A DNA stretch of 51,956 nucleotides, the filler included, from Jimgerdemannia flammicorona (Eukaryota): assembly GCA_003990765.1 (NCBI GenBank). It is 2 parts of 2 records of this genome, joined end to end, with 100 filler letters (N's around TTAATTAATTAA, not from the genome) between each part and the next. Parts side by side here need not be neighbours in the genome. Positions count along the whole stretch, not along the records: positions 1 to 25,942 come from RBNJ01000774.1; 1 more part is not named here. The stretch is one strand, 5' to 3'. A program made the position numbers and the translations under genes. Shown piece by piece: positions 12,801-25,942 of the stretch; the stretch's first letter is position 1; each line of letters opens with the position of its first letter. Under the pieces are notes generated by a model, which had not been told where the DNA came from, made no database searches, and saw nothing but the letters and a program-made list of their open reading frames with translations.

Positions 12801-13524
12801 CATCCCCACTCCCCCCAAAATGTCCCTGCCCCAAAAGCCCCCAATGATCTGACCAAGGACACCATTCCACCTCCAGTGACTTCCAAACATCCAGGCCCCA
12901 GCAGCTGGCTGTCAGAATCCAATCAATCCTCATCTCCAGGCCCCCGGCCCAGTGTGTGTATACCCTCCTATTTCCCCAACATTCTCTGCCTGCATCCACC
13001 AGAGCATTAAGTCTTTCCACTTCCTCCCACGCTGTCAATCCTCCACTCTGCCCCACAGCACCTCATCCCCCATCAGTTCTATCCCTCAATATGTCACGGA
13101 CCATATTGAAGTCCCTGCCAAGCACATCTACCCCAACCTCCACAAGAATTCCACTCTCCTGTAGGCCTGTCACCCAATTCACCTGCTCACCCCATACTGC
13201 AGGGCAGTAACAGGAGCCCACCATGACAGGCTCCCAACCTGTGCATATCTACTCTCTCCAGACCAATCTATCCCCCCAGCTCTGCACATCCTATATCTCT
13301 CCTCTGCCCTTCCACACCAGAATTCCAACCTTGCCCTTCCAAACTGCCTCACCTCCCCACTCCCTTGTCCATTCTAGTCTATCCAAGTCATCCTCACACC
13401 TGACATCCTGCAAGATGAAGAGATCAGCCTCCAATCCCTTCAGCCAAGTAAAAATGTTCTTACATCGAAAAGCACCCCATAACCCATTCACATTTAAAGA
13501 AAAAATGTTGGTTGTACTATTCAT
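9900..13524 (-). pseudogene. LINE-B ORF2 (EN-RT)
   Basis: MNSTTNIFSLNVNG...ADLFILQDV, RIDW, WSDH, PQGDLLSP, FADD, HWLGEC. 3' end approximate. Confidence 0.93.
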
Positions 13525-13555
13525 AAGAGAAATTATATAGTTTCAGACGTATCCT

Positions 13556-15570
13556 CTACTGCTCCATGTCCACTTCCTCCTGTGCCCTATCCAGGTTGTG
13601 CTCAGTAATAGCTTCTGCCTCCTTGGTCCTCTCAGCCTCCAACTCAGCCAGAATTTCTGCCATCTCCCCATCCTTCTTTTCCTCAAACTCCTTGTGATAC
13701 TCCAAACAAGCCTCCTGCCAGAGCTGCAGTCCATATCTCTTAGTCCAACAGTGGGCAGCCCGCTCACCCACCACAACTGCCAGAGCAGCTTCCCTCTCCT
13801 TATCTACCTCATACCACTCCTCTTCCAAGTATACTGCCAGAATTTCGGCCTTCAATGCTGCCACCACTCCATCTTCTTGTAGGATCCTCACCCAATGCTC
13901 ATTGCTCATCACTCAGAGGTTGACTTCCCCCAGCTCTTCAGCTGCTAAGTTGTTTATCATCTGGCATACCCAGAGCAAGTTTCCCACCTCCTTCCCTCCT
14001 GGGGTTGCTGGCCTCCAGCCATCCAACATTGTTGTATCAGCCCCTATACTTGCTGACTCATTCCATTCCTCCTCAGGGACATCCACCAATTCCTCTTCCC
14101 CAGTCGCCTCTACCAATCCCCCCTTCTCTACATTTGGGACTCCAAAGTGTACCTGCTGAGTACTGTGTATCAGCACATCCTCCATCACTCTTCCTTTTGC
14201 CACTGGACTCCTTCTGATAAGAGGAGAGGGAGAAGACAAACCCTCCCAGGTTTCCTCCCAAACCTCCAGTATACCATCTTCATAAGGATTCTTGCTCGGC
14301 ACCTTCATGGCCTCCACCTGCCCCCCCTCCTCATTCTGTCCACTACTAGCAGCCCAGACACTCACCTTGGCACCTCCAGCAGTTGCACCATCACTTGCCT
14401 TCCTTGTCACCTCTACTCCCATTTTCGCCAACAATTCCCTCTGCCTTCTGCACCCTTGGGACCTCTCCCACACCTCGCAGACCCACTTTCCTCCAACCAC
14501 CTCAAGATGTGTTGCCACCTCGAATGCCTTCCATGCTCTCGCCCTCCTCTCAACTGCCCCACTCTACTCCTCCAGTGCTTCCAACAAATCCTCCTCCTCC
14601 TCCTCGCTCCCCTTTACTCTCATCACCTTACACAAGATAGCCCCCAACACCATCACTGAGGGCCAGTCCTGAGCCTTCCTAGTAGCCTCCCACCCAGCCA
14701 GCCGAATCCTGACATCAACATCCCCTGTCCAGTGGGAGGTTCCTTCCTATACTCTGAACCCAATATCGACTACCTCTCCATACTCCGCCATAATCTCCTC
14801 AACCCTCTTCCTTGTCTCTATAGTAGTAACAGTGGGAACTCCTTTTACCAGAAGTTGCACTACTCTTGGGTCCAACCGCAGGCATCTCACCATTGGTATG
14901 CATACCTCACCCACTTTCATCCCAGCCTTCAAAGTCTCCTCTAGTGGCCCAGCCTCCTCAAATCCCACCTCCACCCCTTCTAGGCCCTTCAGGAACTTAA
15001 CCGATGCCACCCCACTCATCTGCTTCGCAATCAGCCCCAGAACCATTTTTGCTGTCACCACTAAGCCCCAGAAACACATCATAACTGCAAATTCTGAGAT
15101 CGACTTCTTGAGTAACGGAGCCACCACCAGTCCCGTTAAACCATCCACTAGGTCCCTGGGCCTCATGCCCTTCCCACAGCTCAGCTTACCATCAGCAGTC
15201 CCATCTAGATTTTTTTCCAGATTGCCCATCACACCCCCATCAGTAGTCCCTGCCTCAGCCACTACCCACCCCTATGGCCCTCCAGAGAGGTACCCCCAAG
15301 AGGTTGCTGCCTGGTAGCCCTCACCGGCACCTTCCCACCCCTCAGCCAACCCTCCAATCCAGCTTCCTGTTGACCCCCCTTCACCTTCTCCACAAAGCTC
15401 GCTCTGCCAGACCCTTAACCTCCAGCTCTGCCCTCTCCTCCACTGTGTCCTCCCACCAGCAGGCCCCTCATGCTTCCCCCCAAGCCAGGGCCTCTCCCCA
15501 CTTACTGCTATTCAAATGCTCCAGGGCCACCCTGCCCAGTATGCACCCCAGGATGCTCATTGGTCGCCAT
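13556..15570 (-). pseudogene. LINE-B ORF1
   Basis: Starts MATNEH; pieces 14747-15262, 13913-14518 and 13556-13912 are homologous to LINE-A ORF1. Confidence 0.8.
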
Positions 15571-15664
15571 GATATTAGTAGTTTGTCTCCAGAAACTGTG
15601 TTGAAAGTGTTGCCAAAAGATTGTGTAACCTGAATATTACTGGAGAAAGGTGGAGCAGCATCTG

Positions 15665-16690
15665 GAGTTGTCCCTTTATCAGTGTTGGATTGGTGTCTTC
15701 TCCACTATTTTACAGATTCTGATATCTTCAGCTATATCTGAGATATATCTGTTTTAGTATAGTACCTTCTCCCTTTTGCTATCATCAATAAGGTATTATC
15801 TTGGAGTATCATAGATTATGTTGAGAGTCGACCAACCTTGGGCATTAAGTGCCCAGTATAGGTTACCTACAGGTTCTCAGTACCTGTGGTGGGGCTCTCT
15901 AGCTTTGGCAAGCTTTCTGGCAAGTATAGTTCTAGTATAGGTAATTGTTTTTCAGGTGTTATTAGTATGGAAAGAGAGATGGCCATTACAGATAGGAGGA
16001 AGGGTGATAACAGTGAACCAGTAGGGAGCCAGGCTGGAGGCAGTCACTCAGGCTGGGGCAGGTGCTGCTTCAGTGAGGCCTTTTGAGTAGTGTAGAGCTG
16101 TTAGGTAGTTGGTATCACTCTCAGCTTCTTTTGGTGATATGTATATGGGATTGGATCTTGGTCATTGGGAGGGGTTGGGGGGCCTGAGGCTATCTATTTT
16201 AGGTATCTTAGCTATACTCAACTAGAACTGAGAGCTGATACAGTAATATGATTAAGGACTGCAGGCTTGAGTAGTGGGGTATTGGGAATTTCCTCTCACC
16301 TCATGTGTAAGTCCTCTACTCATCTCATCTGGGAGAACTAGACCCTATTCACCATGATGTACTTTGATGAGAGTTTTTTCTTTACCTATTATTCTTCTTA
16401 GAGTGGCAGGGGATTTTCAATTTGGCTTGAGCATAGTCTTATATATATATTGGGGTTTCAGACATGTGCTTTTGGTTGTTAGTATATGACTGAGTTCTTC
16501 CTGGTAGTAGGGAGAGTATAGTATGCAGAATGAGGTATGGGCTACTATAGGCTCTGTTGTATTTAGTATGGTCAAGCTGCTGAACAATAGCTAGTCTAGA
16601 TTAATAGAGAGGCAGTGCTTGGTGAATGGTGGGAGAGAGTTTTGGCCTATATAGTCTAGGTTCTCTTCCAATAAAAGCTATGGAACTCTG
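15665..16690 (-). repeat. continuation of the unclassified repeat
   Basis: Joins 9640-9797 across LINE-B; a second, more decayed copy lies at 16821-17570. Right boundary approximate. Confidence 0.65.
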
Positions 16691-16820
16691 AGTCTATAAA
16701 ATAAAAAAATAAAAAAAAAAACTTTCTAAGACTTCTTTCTTCAATTTTCTTTTCTCTATTTCAGATAGATTTACTATACCTATTGCTATATCTATTGTAA
16801 GATAGTAAAAGAGATATAAT

Positions 16821-17570
16821 AGTGATGAGTTGTCTCTTTATTGGTATCAGATTGATGTTTTTTTTAGTTTTTATATCTCTAACTATATCCTAAATAATAC
16901 TCTCAAATAAATCAAATTGAGAGTTATTCAAATTGAATTAAATTGTATTCAAATTAAATCAAAGGTTTAATTCAAACTCTATTTTTAGAAATATAATATG
17001 TATCTCAACAAAAATATATTTAAATTTAATAATCTTTAACTTATTATATTTATTAAATTATTAAATTTTGGAAAATAGTATTTGAATTAAATTTCAAATT
17101 AAATTAGTCTTTGATTTGATCTATTGAGAGCACTAGTCTGGAGTATATATATTATTATCTATTTCTTTTTGCTATTATCAATAAAGTATTATTATGATAT
17201 ATTATTGACTATATAGAAAGTTAGCTAATCTTGAGGATTAAGTATTAGTATAGGTTACATGCAAGTTTTCAGTATCTATAGTGGGGCCCTCTGAGCTTTG
17301 ATAAGCTTTCTGGGGAGTATGATTCTAGTGTAGATGACAATTTTCAGATAGAGTCAGAATAGAATAGAAGATAGCTATTATAGATAAGAAAAAAGATGAT
17401 AATAGTAAATTAGTCAGATATCAGACTAAGGGTAGTTATCAGAGTTATAGTATATATTATCTCATGAGGTCTTTTGATTAACTAGTGAGTAGTGGAGTAA
17501 TATAGTGGCCAGTATTCTGGTTTTATTCAACTAGAACTAAAAGCTGATACAGTAATATAATTGAGATCTA
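16821..17570 (-). repeat. third copy of the unclassified repeat (empty LINE-B site, interrupted by a MITE)
   Basis: agtgatgagttgtctctttattggtatcagattgatg is the uninterrupted target; 17136-17570 aligns to 15745-16260. Confidence 0.7.
16895..17135. mobile_element. MITE with hAT-like terminal inverted repeats (TIRs)
   Basis: Left taatactctcaaataaatcaaat and right atttgatctattgagagcacta are imperfect inverted repeats; the segment is absent from the paralogous copy at ~15740. Confidence 0.7.
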
Positions 17571-17574
17571 CATC

Positions 17575-18144
17575 ATTATAGGTCTTCTTCTGGTCTAAGA
17601 ATTCCAGCTGTCCATCTATCCTAGCAGTGCAGGCTCCCTCAATAACACTATACACTCAGGCTTTCTCATCTCTAATTAGACATCTCTCTCTGAATCCTCC
17701 CTGCTCAGTCTCTAGAATCTATTGGGCCATCCTCTGCAGCCTAGTTATAGGATCTTCATGATCAGTTTGTGATCTATATTCAGAAGTATGATTGATCTTC
17801 AGTTCTTCCACTCTTTCTTCCTCTCCTTATTCTTAAACAGCAGAGCCACAAGACTCAAGCTTGGCCCCCTAATCCATACCTCTGAGTCTATCACCTCATC
17901 ATACATTACTATCATTTCCTCTAGTATCAACTTGACTCCTACCATCTTCTTCCAAAAATCCCACTGTAAGCTATCCTCTCCTGATACTATCCTGGAGCTT
18001 GTCATCATCAGAACCTACTGAATCTCTTTCCCTTAGACAGTAGCATCTAGGTCATCTATACTAACTATCGGATCAGGGTGTCATTTCTCCAAGTATCTGT
18101 CAATGTTCATTACTCCCACCCCTCCATCCTCCTTACTCTATAGA
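17575..18144 (-). pseudogene. LINE RT N-terminal fragment
   Basis: EDSLQWDFWKKMVG...LLFKNKERKKEWKN, homologous to LINE-A 5730-6080. Confidence 0.85.
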
Positions 18145-19159
18145 TAGTACTCTGAATGAATGTAATTGATCTAGATGAGATTTGTTTCAGATTCATCATA
18201 TGATAGATTTGAATCAACTTGGATTAGTCTCATGATCTGATCTGGATTGATCCAGATTGATTATACAAAATCTTTGGTGACATCACTCTTTCTTTTGTTC
18301 ATTTTTCACTCTGTTTTTTTTTCCTACTACACTTTGGTGATATCACCCTTTCTTTTATTCTCTCTTTTCTTTTGGTTCTTTCTTTGTTCTTTTTCTTTGT
18401 TCTTTTTCTTTTCTGCTATATTACAAGTAAATAAAACAGCAATCCTTAATTTGTACATTGATCCAGTCTACTCAATTTTTTACCCTGCAATAATTATCAA
18501 AATAAGGAGTATTCGAGGTAGGATGCACTCTCTGCTGATAATGTTAGATTCTTTCTCATATGAGCAGTATCACAAGCTGCTCATCAAGAGCCAAAGGAAT
18601 GATGGCAGTGGTGATGATGGTGGTGATAGTGATGGTGATAGCAGTGATAATGGTAGGATTGAGGGAGAATTCTGGTAACAACTTACAGTGGTCCTTCAGA
18701 CCTCAGAATTCACAGACCTCACAGCTATATATATGGTAGCCTTTTTGGAGTAGCCAATAGTAGATGTAGGTTACTTATTCTACTACTACTTATTTACTTA
18801 TATTTACTTTTAATTTCCCCTGGCATGACTCAATTCACCTTATGCTTTTCTTAGGGTCCACAGCTCTATAGCAAGATCTGCTGACTTTATTTACAACATC
18901 TGGTCAAGATGAAGAAAGGTTGGTGGACATTACAGGACATATCTTTGATGGCTGAGCTGTTATGTCAATGTATTATATGGCAGAGGACTCAAAAGAAATA
19001 AAAGCAAGCCTTTGTGAGCAATTTTGTGCAACTTGAACAACTCATCAGCATGCAACTCACTCACTTAAGCTCTTTTACTGAAATACCCATCTTTGTGTTT
19101 TATTCAACTTCATTTTTATGTAATCTTCTCTAAAAACACCCACATAATACCCACATAAA

Positions 19160-19368
19160 TCCTGTCTATATAAAACTTGTTTATATGCAACCTGTCTGCA
19201 TGCAACTCATCTATATACAATCTGTCTGCATGCAACTCATCCTCATGCAACCTGTCTGCATATAATCTGTATACATATAACCCATCTACATACAACCTGT
19301 CCACATACAACCTGTCTATATGCAACCCATCTGCATGCAACCTGTCCATATGTAACCCATCTGTATAC
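19160..19368. repeat. 15-bp tandem repeat (tgcaacctgtctgca-like), about 12-14 units
   Basis: Visible directly; translates as repeating CNLSA/YNPST or DRLHA. Confidence 0.85.
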
Positions 19369-19487
19369 TTATCTTAACACCTCAGATCAGGGCTCAGTTC
19401 CATTAGAAAGGAGAGTTCAAAGTTACCCAAGTTCAACCATGTCTGGTATCTGATCAAATAGAGAAATTTGAGAAAAAGATATTCAGT

Positions 19488-20220
19488 ATGAGCAGTACCA
19501 GCATCATCATCAAGGCTTGGAGGTCTATATTCAAATCAGAGCTAATTGTTCTTGACCAAGAGGTCGATTGGCCAGCAGAGATAACTAACAATGAAGGGAA
19601 TTATATCATTATTAATGATTATAGAGAGGTAGTTGCAATGGTGGTAAGAAATCTCTATAGTGATGAGCTTCACCACTATATCAATGAGATTTGTGAGGAT
19701 TGCATCAAATACCAGGTAGCAGAAAAGAGGGGGCGAAAAAAGCAAGGAGGGGGGGTTTGGATGAGAATTGGATATACTACAATACTGGTAAAAGATAGGT
19801 TCCAGAGTTCTGAAATCCCCCATACTTGTCTCTCATTTTTTCCTTCTTGCTAGATAATCACTCTCTTTGCCAACATACTATTTTTGATACAATTCCAGAG
19901 ATATATAAGATTCTGTACCTCTACCAGAACTTCAGAAGTACTCTTAAAGAGCAAACTATATACAAGTATGACATGACCTGAATGATGATGGTGGCTATGA
20001 TCTGGGGTTCTTTGAGCAGATTAGTAGAGTATACAGCAGGCCAGCTTGGTGGAAAAACAAAAAAAAAAAAAAAAAAAACAGCTATATATATATTCTTGAT
20101 ACAATTGACAATGCTATCCATATAAGGTAAGAAGCTCTACTTTTTTAGTGCTGCAGCCCTGGGGGTTTCTGCAGCCTGCAGAATTTCTGCTCTCCTATAT
20201 ATAAAAAGGACTAACTGGTT
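19488..20220 (+). pseudogene. possible TET/JBP-like 2OG-Fe(II) dioxygenase relic
   Basis: 121-aa ORF followed across frameshifts by F(P)EIYKIL, ANY...HDLND, EYTAGQL, ILDTIDNAIH and RISALLYIKR, in the order expected for TET/JBP motifs. Several indels must be assumed. Confidence 0.35.
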
Positions 20221-20534
20221 GCTATGCATTTTGACAGGTTTTCTAGCCAGGGCTCCCAGGGCTGGACCAAGAGCAGGCATCCACCAGTATAATCTAGCAG
20301 TATGGGGTTATGGGCCAAGGGTTCACCCAACTATATGCTCATGTTACATTAGGATATATCAGGTGTAATGTTTCTCTATCCATATATATGGACAACAATA
20401 TCACTTCAGTAATGTTCTACATCTTAGAAAGGAAGAGCCCAATCTGAGAGAATAGCGACAGAGTCTAGTATGATCTCATCTATGGTTTGGGGTCCCATTT
20501 GTGACCAATACAGCCATCTTATTCTAACCATTAC

Positions 20535-23500
20535 CATCACACCTTTCACTGATAACATTTAGGTGATACAAGATGCAGATAATACTTTTTGCAACATTTT
20601 TGGTAAAAGGAGACTATCAACATGAACAGCAATGAGCATACTGATGAGCATGTCAGTCAGGGGAGCAATAGGGCATTTGACTGGCAGCAGGTCAGGAGAA
20701 GGTGAGGAGATGGGTTGGGAATGTGGAGCTCCCTATAGTTGGCCATTACATTGGTAGTGGAGGGAGGGGTGGAATGAGACAATAAGGAGGGGGGAGGATG
20801 ACCTTTGCTGACAAGGTCAAGATGGGGAGGATGATATCTGGTCTGGATAGTTGGCTGAGACTGGGGAAGGCATCAATGGCTTCAGCTAGGGGACATGGAG
20901 GGGCCTCCATAGGAGGGTCTGGCAGTAGGGGGGGGGAGTGTAGGGGCTGGGGGTATGATGGCTAATGGAGCTATAACTGGAGATCTGGAAAAAAATCCAG
21001 ATGTGACAGTTGTTGGCAGATCAGGATAGAGGGAGGGCACAAGGCCTGGGGACCTGGCTGATGGTGTGATAGGCATGGTGTCAGCACTATTACTCAAAAA
21101 GTTGAGGTCAGAATATGCCATCACATTGTACTTCTGGGGCTTGGTGGTAAGTGTGAAAATGATTTTAGAGCTGGTAGTATAGGAGATAAAAGGGGTGGCT
21201 TCAGTGAAGTTCTTAAAGGAGAAAGAAGAGGTCAAGGTGGGATTTGAGAGAGAGGCATCATTGTTGGAGGCTGTGGAAAAGAGGGAAGTGGTGGGTGAAG
21301 TAGTGGTTCCTATGGTCAGGTGCATACACTGAGACCCCTGAGTAGTGTAGTTGGCTGAGAAGGAGAATACAGAGAAGGCAAGAGATTGCTAGTAACCCTT
21401 AAGTAGGAATCAGTTGGATACAAGGTTTTGTGAGTAAAGGGGATGCCAGAGGAAGAGGAGGACTTGCTGGAGGCTCTTGAGGATCTGGCAGGAGTAGTGG
21501 AGAGGTAGAGATTGGCCTGGAAGAAGTATGAAGCCAAGATAGTGGTGGAGATTGTGGATAGAAAGAAGATCAATATAGACCAGATGGCCTGGGAGAAGGT
21601 GCAGGAGAGGTAAATTCAGAAGGAGTTGTTGGAGAAGTTGGGAGAAGGTGTGGCAAGCAGTGGTACAGAAGAAGGGAGTACCAGACTGAGGGAGAGTGCT
21701 TGGGCAGGGGAGTGCAGGATGGCCCAGGATGTGGTCCAGGGCAGATTGAGTGAGGAGGGACTGGGCAGTGTGGTAGAGGATGCCGAAATGGGTAAGGAAG
21801 TCCACCCTCAGTATGGCATCCCGAGCAGGACAGGTGGTGAGAAGGAACTACTGGATGTACTGGAGGAGGAGTGGGATGAGTTAGGGAGAAGGAGTGCCTT
21901 AGTGGACCCCATGGTAGAGGTCAAAGGAGTTTCCCAGAGTATTGCTGAGGTGGTGGATGAAGAGAAGTAGCTGTGGAAGACTTTGGAGGAGATGGTGGCT
22001 GAGGAGCTGGGGAGAGAGGACTTCTGGTCCTAAGTGATAGGCATTGGGAGGAAATTCTCTGTGGAGAGGAGGTGCTGTGGAAGATTAGAAATGAGATTCT
22101 GGTGGTGCTCTTGGAGTCAGAGGAATATCAGGTTGATGATCAGAAAGAGGAGGTCCTTTGAAGGACAGTGAATGGCCAGGCAGTATACTTGTGGAATTCA
22201 AGGAAGGGGTTGGAGAAGTGGAGAGTAGTATGCACAGACTATCAGGCAGAAATGAAGGTTGTAGATGGGGTGGAGTATCAGGAAATCTTGGAAGCACTGG
22301 ATGCTCAGGCCATAGTGGAAGATGAGTTGGAGGCAGAGCAGTGCTTGGATCTTGCTGAGGATGGGATGAGCATAGAATACTAGACTGGGCTCTCAATATC
22401 AAATATTATTCAATATGAACAGTATAACTAGAATCTTTTCTTTGAATATGAATGGTTTGAGGGGTATAGCATAGCAAAGAAATATCTTTGGCTGGTTAAA
22501 GGGACTGGATGCAGATCTCTTCTTATTGCAGGATGTGCAGTATGAGGAAGGTATGGATTTACAGGACTGGACTAGAGAATGGGGTGGGGCAGCTGTGTTG
22601 ACTGGGTGGGTGGGTATCTTAGTTTGAAAGGGGATGGGAGATATTGAGGATATTGGACATTGGGGGAGTAGGCTGGTGTGGGGAGTATGGAAGAGGCCTA
22701 GGTAGAACCCCTTAACTGTTAGGTCATGTTATTGCCCAGCTGAGAGGAGGAAACACATCAATTGGATCAGAGGCTTGAGAGAGGCTAGAGTTATGGATGA
22801 GGCAGGGATCAATTGTCTGGGGGGTAATTTTAACATGGTACATAATAGTGGGGTAGACAGGACTGATGGCAGGAGAGGAATGGGGGGCCAAAGTGGTGGT
22901 TGGAAGATTGGATTGAGATTGAGAGATTGAGCTCCTTGGTTAACTTGGGGTGCCAGTTTTGGGCAGAGCACCAAATTTATACTCACTGGATGGCAGGGCT
23001 GGGCTCTAGGATCAACTGAGTGTTGATAGCAGAGTGCTGGGGAGAGAATGTCTGAGATACACTGGAGGTTGTCTGGTGTCCATGGTCAGATCACTGGGGT
23101 CTGATAGGGAGTGGGAGATTTGGGGGGAGTAGAGATGGGTCTGGACATTGGCAATAGAATTCTTCTTTGTTAGATGAGGGTACTTTATGGATAGACTGGG
23201 AGGTCGAAGTTATTGAGAAGATTAGTAGATGGTGGGAGCAGAGACTAGTAATTGGAGATCACTGGCAGTAGCTGAAATCGAGTGCTCAGAGGTACTGGAG
23301 GGAGGCAGGGAAAGAAAGGAGTGCTCAGTAGCAGTAGTGAGTATAATGGGCTTCACAGATATTGGTAGTGCTTCTGGGGAGGTGGGCAGTATTACTGGAG
23401 GATAGGGGAGCAGCTGATTGGAGAATTTTGCAAATATAAAATGAAGTAGATGAGCTTAAGAAAGTGGTATAAATAGCAGAAGAGGTTAAGCTGAAGGGAA

Positions 23501-25942
23501 TAGTGACAAAGTTGAAGTAGTAGGGGTTGGAGGAGGGAGAGAGGCTCACTAGATTTCTGTCCCAGTCACTCTAAGCTTAGCAAACCAGACAGAGGTGAGA
23601 TGGTATTTTGGATGAGGATGGAGAGATGGTGATAGGGATCCCAACAATTTTGGAATTACTGAGAACTTATTGGGGGAACTTATGGAGTGAGAGAGAAGGG
23701 GGTGAGGATGCCCTGAATATTGAATGGCAGTTGGAGGATTGGTACCTGGACCCAGTAATAGGTCTGGGGTTACTGGGAGACCCAGTACAAGGGGAGGAGG
23801 TGTGTAAGGTTTTGGCTTCGACATATAAGGGGACAGCTCTGAGAGAGGATAGGTTACTCTGGGATTTTTGGAAGAAGATAGCTGGGATAGAGGTGGTACT
23901 GGAAGAGATAATGGTGATGTATGATAAGATACTTCAATCTGGAAGTTAGATTGGGGGCCAGTGTCTAGGGCTGGTCTCTTTGCTTTATAAGGATAAGAGA
24001 AGAATAGAAGATTGGAAGAACTGGCAGTTGATCATGCTCCTTGACATAGACCATAAGTTGGTGATAAAGATCTTGGTAACTAGGCTGCAGGAGATTATAC
24101 AGCAGATACTGGGAGTGGAGCAGAGGGGATTTGTAGGTGGTTGGTTAATCTGAGATAGGACTGCCTGGGTCTATGGGGTGATAGAAGGTGCTTGTGTGAC
24201 TGGGGTTGACAGCCACTTAGTGTTTCTGAATCAGGAGAAGGCATACAATAGGGTGAGGAGGACCTGGCTGGATGGACTATTGAAATGTGTGGGAATTCCC
24301 CTGGGGTTCAGGTGGTCATTAATCAGTTTATTGGAGAATAGTCAAGCAATGTTAGTGGTGAATGGGCACAAGAGAGTGACTTTTTCACTTAGTTGTAGAG
24401 TGCCGCAAGGTGATCCTTTGTAACCCATCCTTTATGCCCTCTTCTTGGAGCCCCTATTGGACAGGATCCAGTGTAGAATTGTGGGTTTAGACATTTTGGG
24501 GATTAACTAGAAGGTTGGGGCTTTTGCAGATGATATGGTAGTTAGACTGAGTTCCTTAGAGAATGTTGAGGAATTAAGAAGAACTGTAGAATGATATGAG
24601 AGGGGCTCAGGTGCTCAACTCAACTGATACAAATGTAAGATACTGATGCTAGTAGTAGAATAGTTGGTGGTGACATGATTGGAATAGTGGTTCCAGCAGA
24701 AGAACTGGTCCAGTACTTGGGGATATACTTTTCAGTATATGGGTCTCTTCTGCCCCATACTTGATGGGAACAGTAGCTACTGACATAGGGAAATGTTCTC
24801 TTGAGATGGGGTGGTTGACATATTCATTGGCAGAAAGGGTGATAGTGCTGAATGTGTATTGGCTGCCAAAGCTATGGTATGTGGGGTATCATTTGGACTT
24901 CTCAGTATGGGTGGTTAGATAACTTCTGAAGATGGCAAGATCATAGATTTAGGGTGGAAGGCAAAGTCAGATAGGCTGGGAGGTTCTGACTCTACCTATT
25001 GACAGAGGTGGGCTAGGCTTAGTGGACTTTACCAAATGCCTTCATTGTCTGAAAGTCTGGTGGCTAAAGAGGGTGAGTGAGTTGAGGGGCTGGGAGTGGG
25101 TATCACTCTTGCAGAGGGTATAGAAAGTCTGATATTCCCCTCATAGATCAACTGGTAACCTGCTTGCAATGGTGGCCCTGGATGGGAGCAAGAGGATGTG
25201 CTATAAGGGCTTTTGGTGGAGAGTGGTAGATAGTGCAAGAAGAATTGAACTTCAATAATAGGGTGATGAGGGGGAGGAGGACTGGGGACCACAGATGTAG
25301 AGATAGAACAGATAACACTGGGTGGAGCATTGGTGGAGGATTTTCAGCTTAGTGATGAAATGGAATATGTGTGAGGTCTCAGGGGGGACCTGTGGCCTGA
25401 AGTATAGCAGAGGGTAGGGATTGGTGAGGAGTGAGACTGGAATGGTCTTTGGCCTTAGAGCAAGCAGGTGATGTGGTGGCTTCTCCCTAAGTTCTGAGCA
25501 GTATGGTGGAGGTTTCTATGGCGGAATATGATGCTGAATTATCAATCTGGACACTTGGTGGCAGATGGTGTATTTGAGTGTAAGGAATACATAGACCTTG
25601 GCCAGGAGGAGGGAGTGGTAAAAATGTCTGAACATTGGCTTGAGGAGTGTGAAGTCTTGGAGGAGTTTTGGCACCATATTGTGAACTAGTTAGAACTGCA
25701 GGCCCTGGTGGGAGAGAAAGGGGGGATATGGGGGGACCTCTGCCAAAGGTTAGTGGGCAGGGTTGAGGATGAATGGTTGCCCTTGGGATGGGCTCTGGCA
25801 ATTTAGATTAGGTGAGCTGGATATTAGTTATATGTCTTTGAGGAGGGCCAGCAGAATGAGGTTGAGGCTAAGGTAGTATGGTGGAAATTGTTAATACTTG
25901 ACATTTTGAATGGCTGGTGGAGAGGGTGGGGACTGGGTGGGG
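20535..25942 (+). mobile_element. decayed L1/Tx1-like LINE (LINE-C), 3' end lost in the gap
   Basis: 5' end aligns to LINE-A 2210 onward; ORF1 ~20622-22383 with an internal deletion at ~21350; ORF2 from 22415 with GGNFN, NQEKAYNRV, PQGDPL and FADD. Confidence 0.93.

Larger units (their letters stand above)
9795..15664 (-). mobile_element. full-length decayed L1/Tx1-like LINE (LINE-B)
   Basis: T-run 9795-9828 (poly(A) tail); TSD gagttgtcccttt at 9785-9797 and 15665-15677; ORF1 and ORF2 on the minus strand. Confidence 0.95.
18145..20530 (+). mobile_element. putative DNA-transposon left part carrying a decayed cargo gene
   Basis: Begins tagtactctgaatgaat exactly where the LINE fragment breaks, similar to the hAT-like termini; followed by gatc-rich subterminal repeats and decayed coding sequence with a probable GT..AG intron (~18766-18853). 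Confidence 0.4.

Noticed and set aside
20340..20450. YMDNNITSVMFYI as a DIRS RNase H or dioxygenase motif
   Set aside because: A single short match with no supporting neighbouring motifs.
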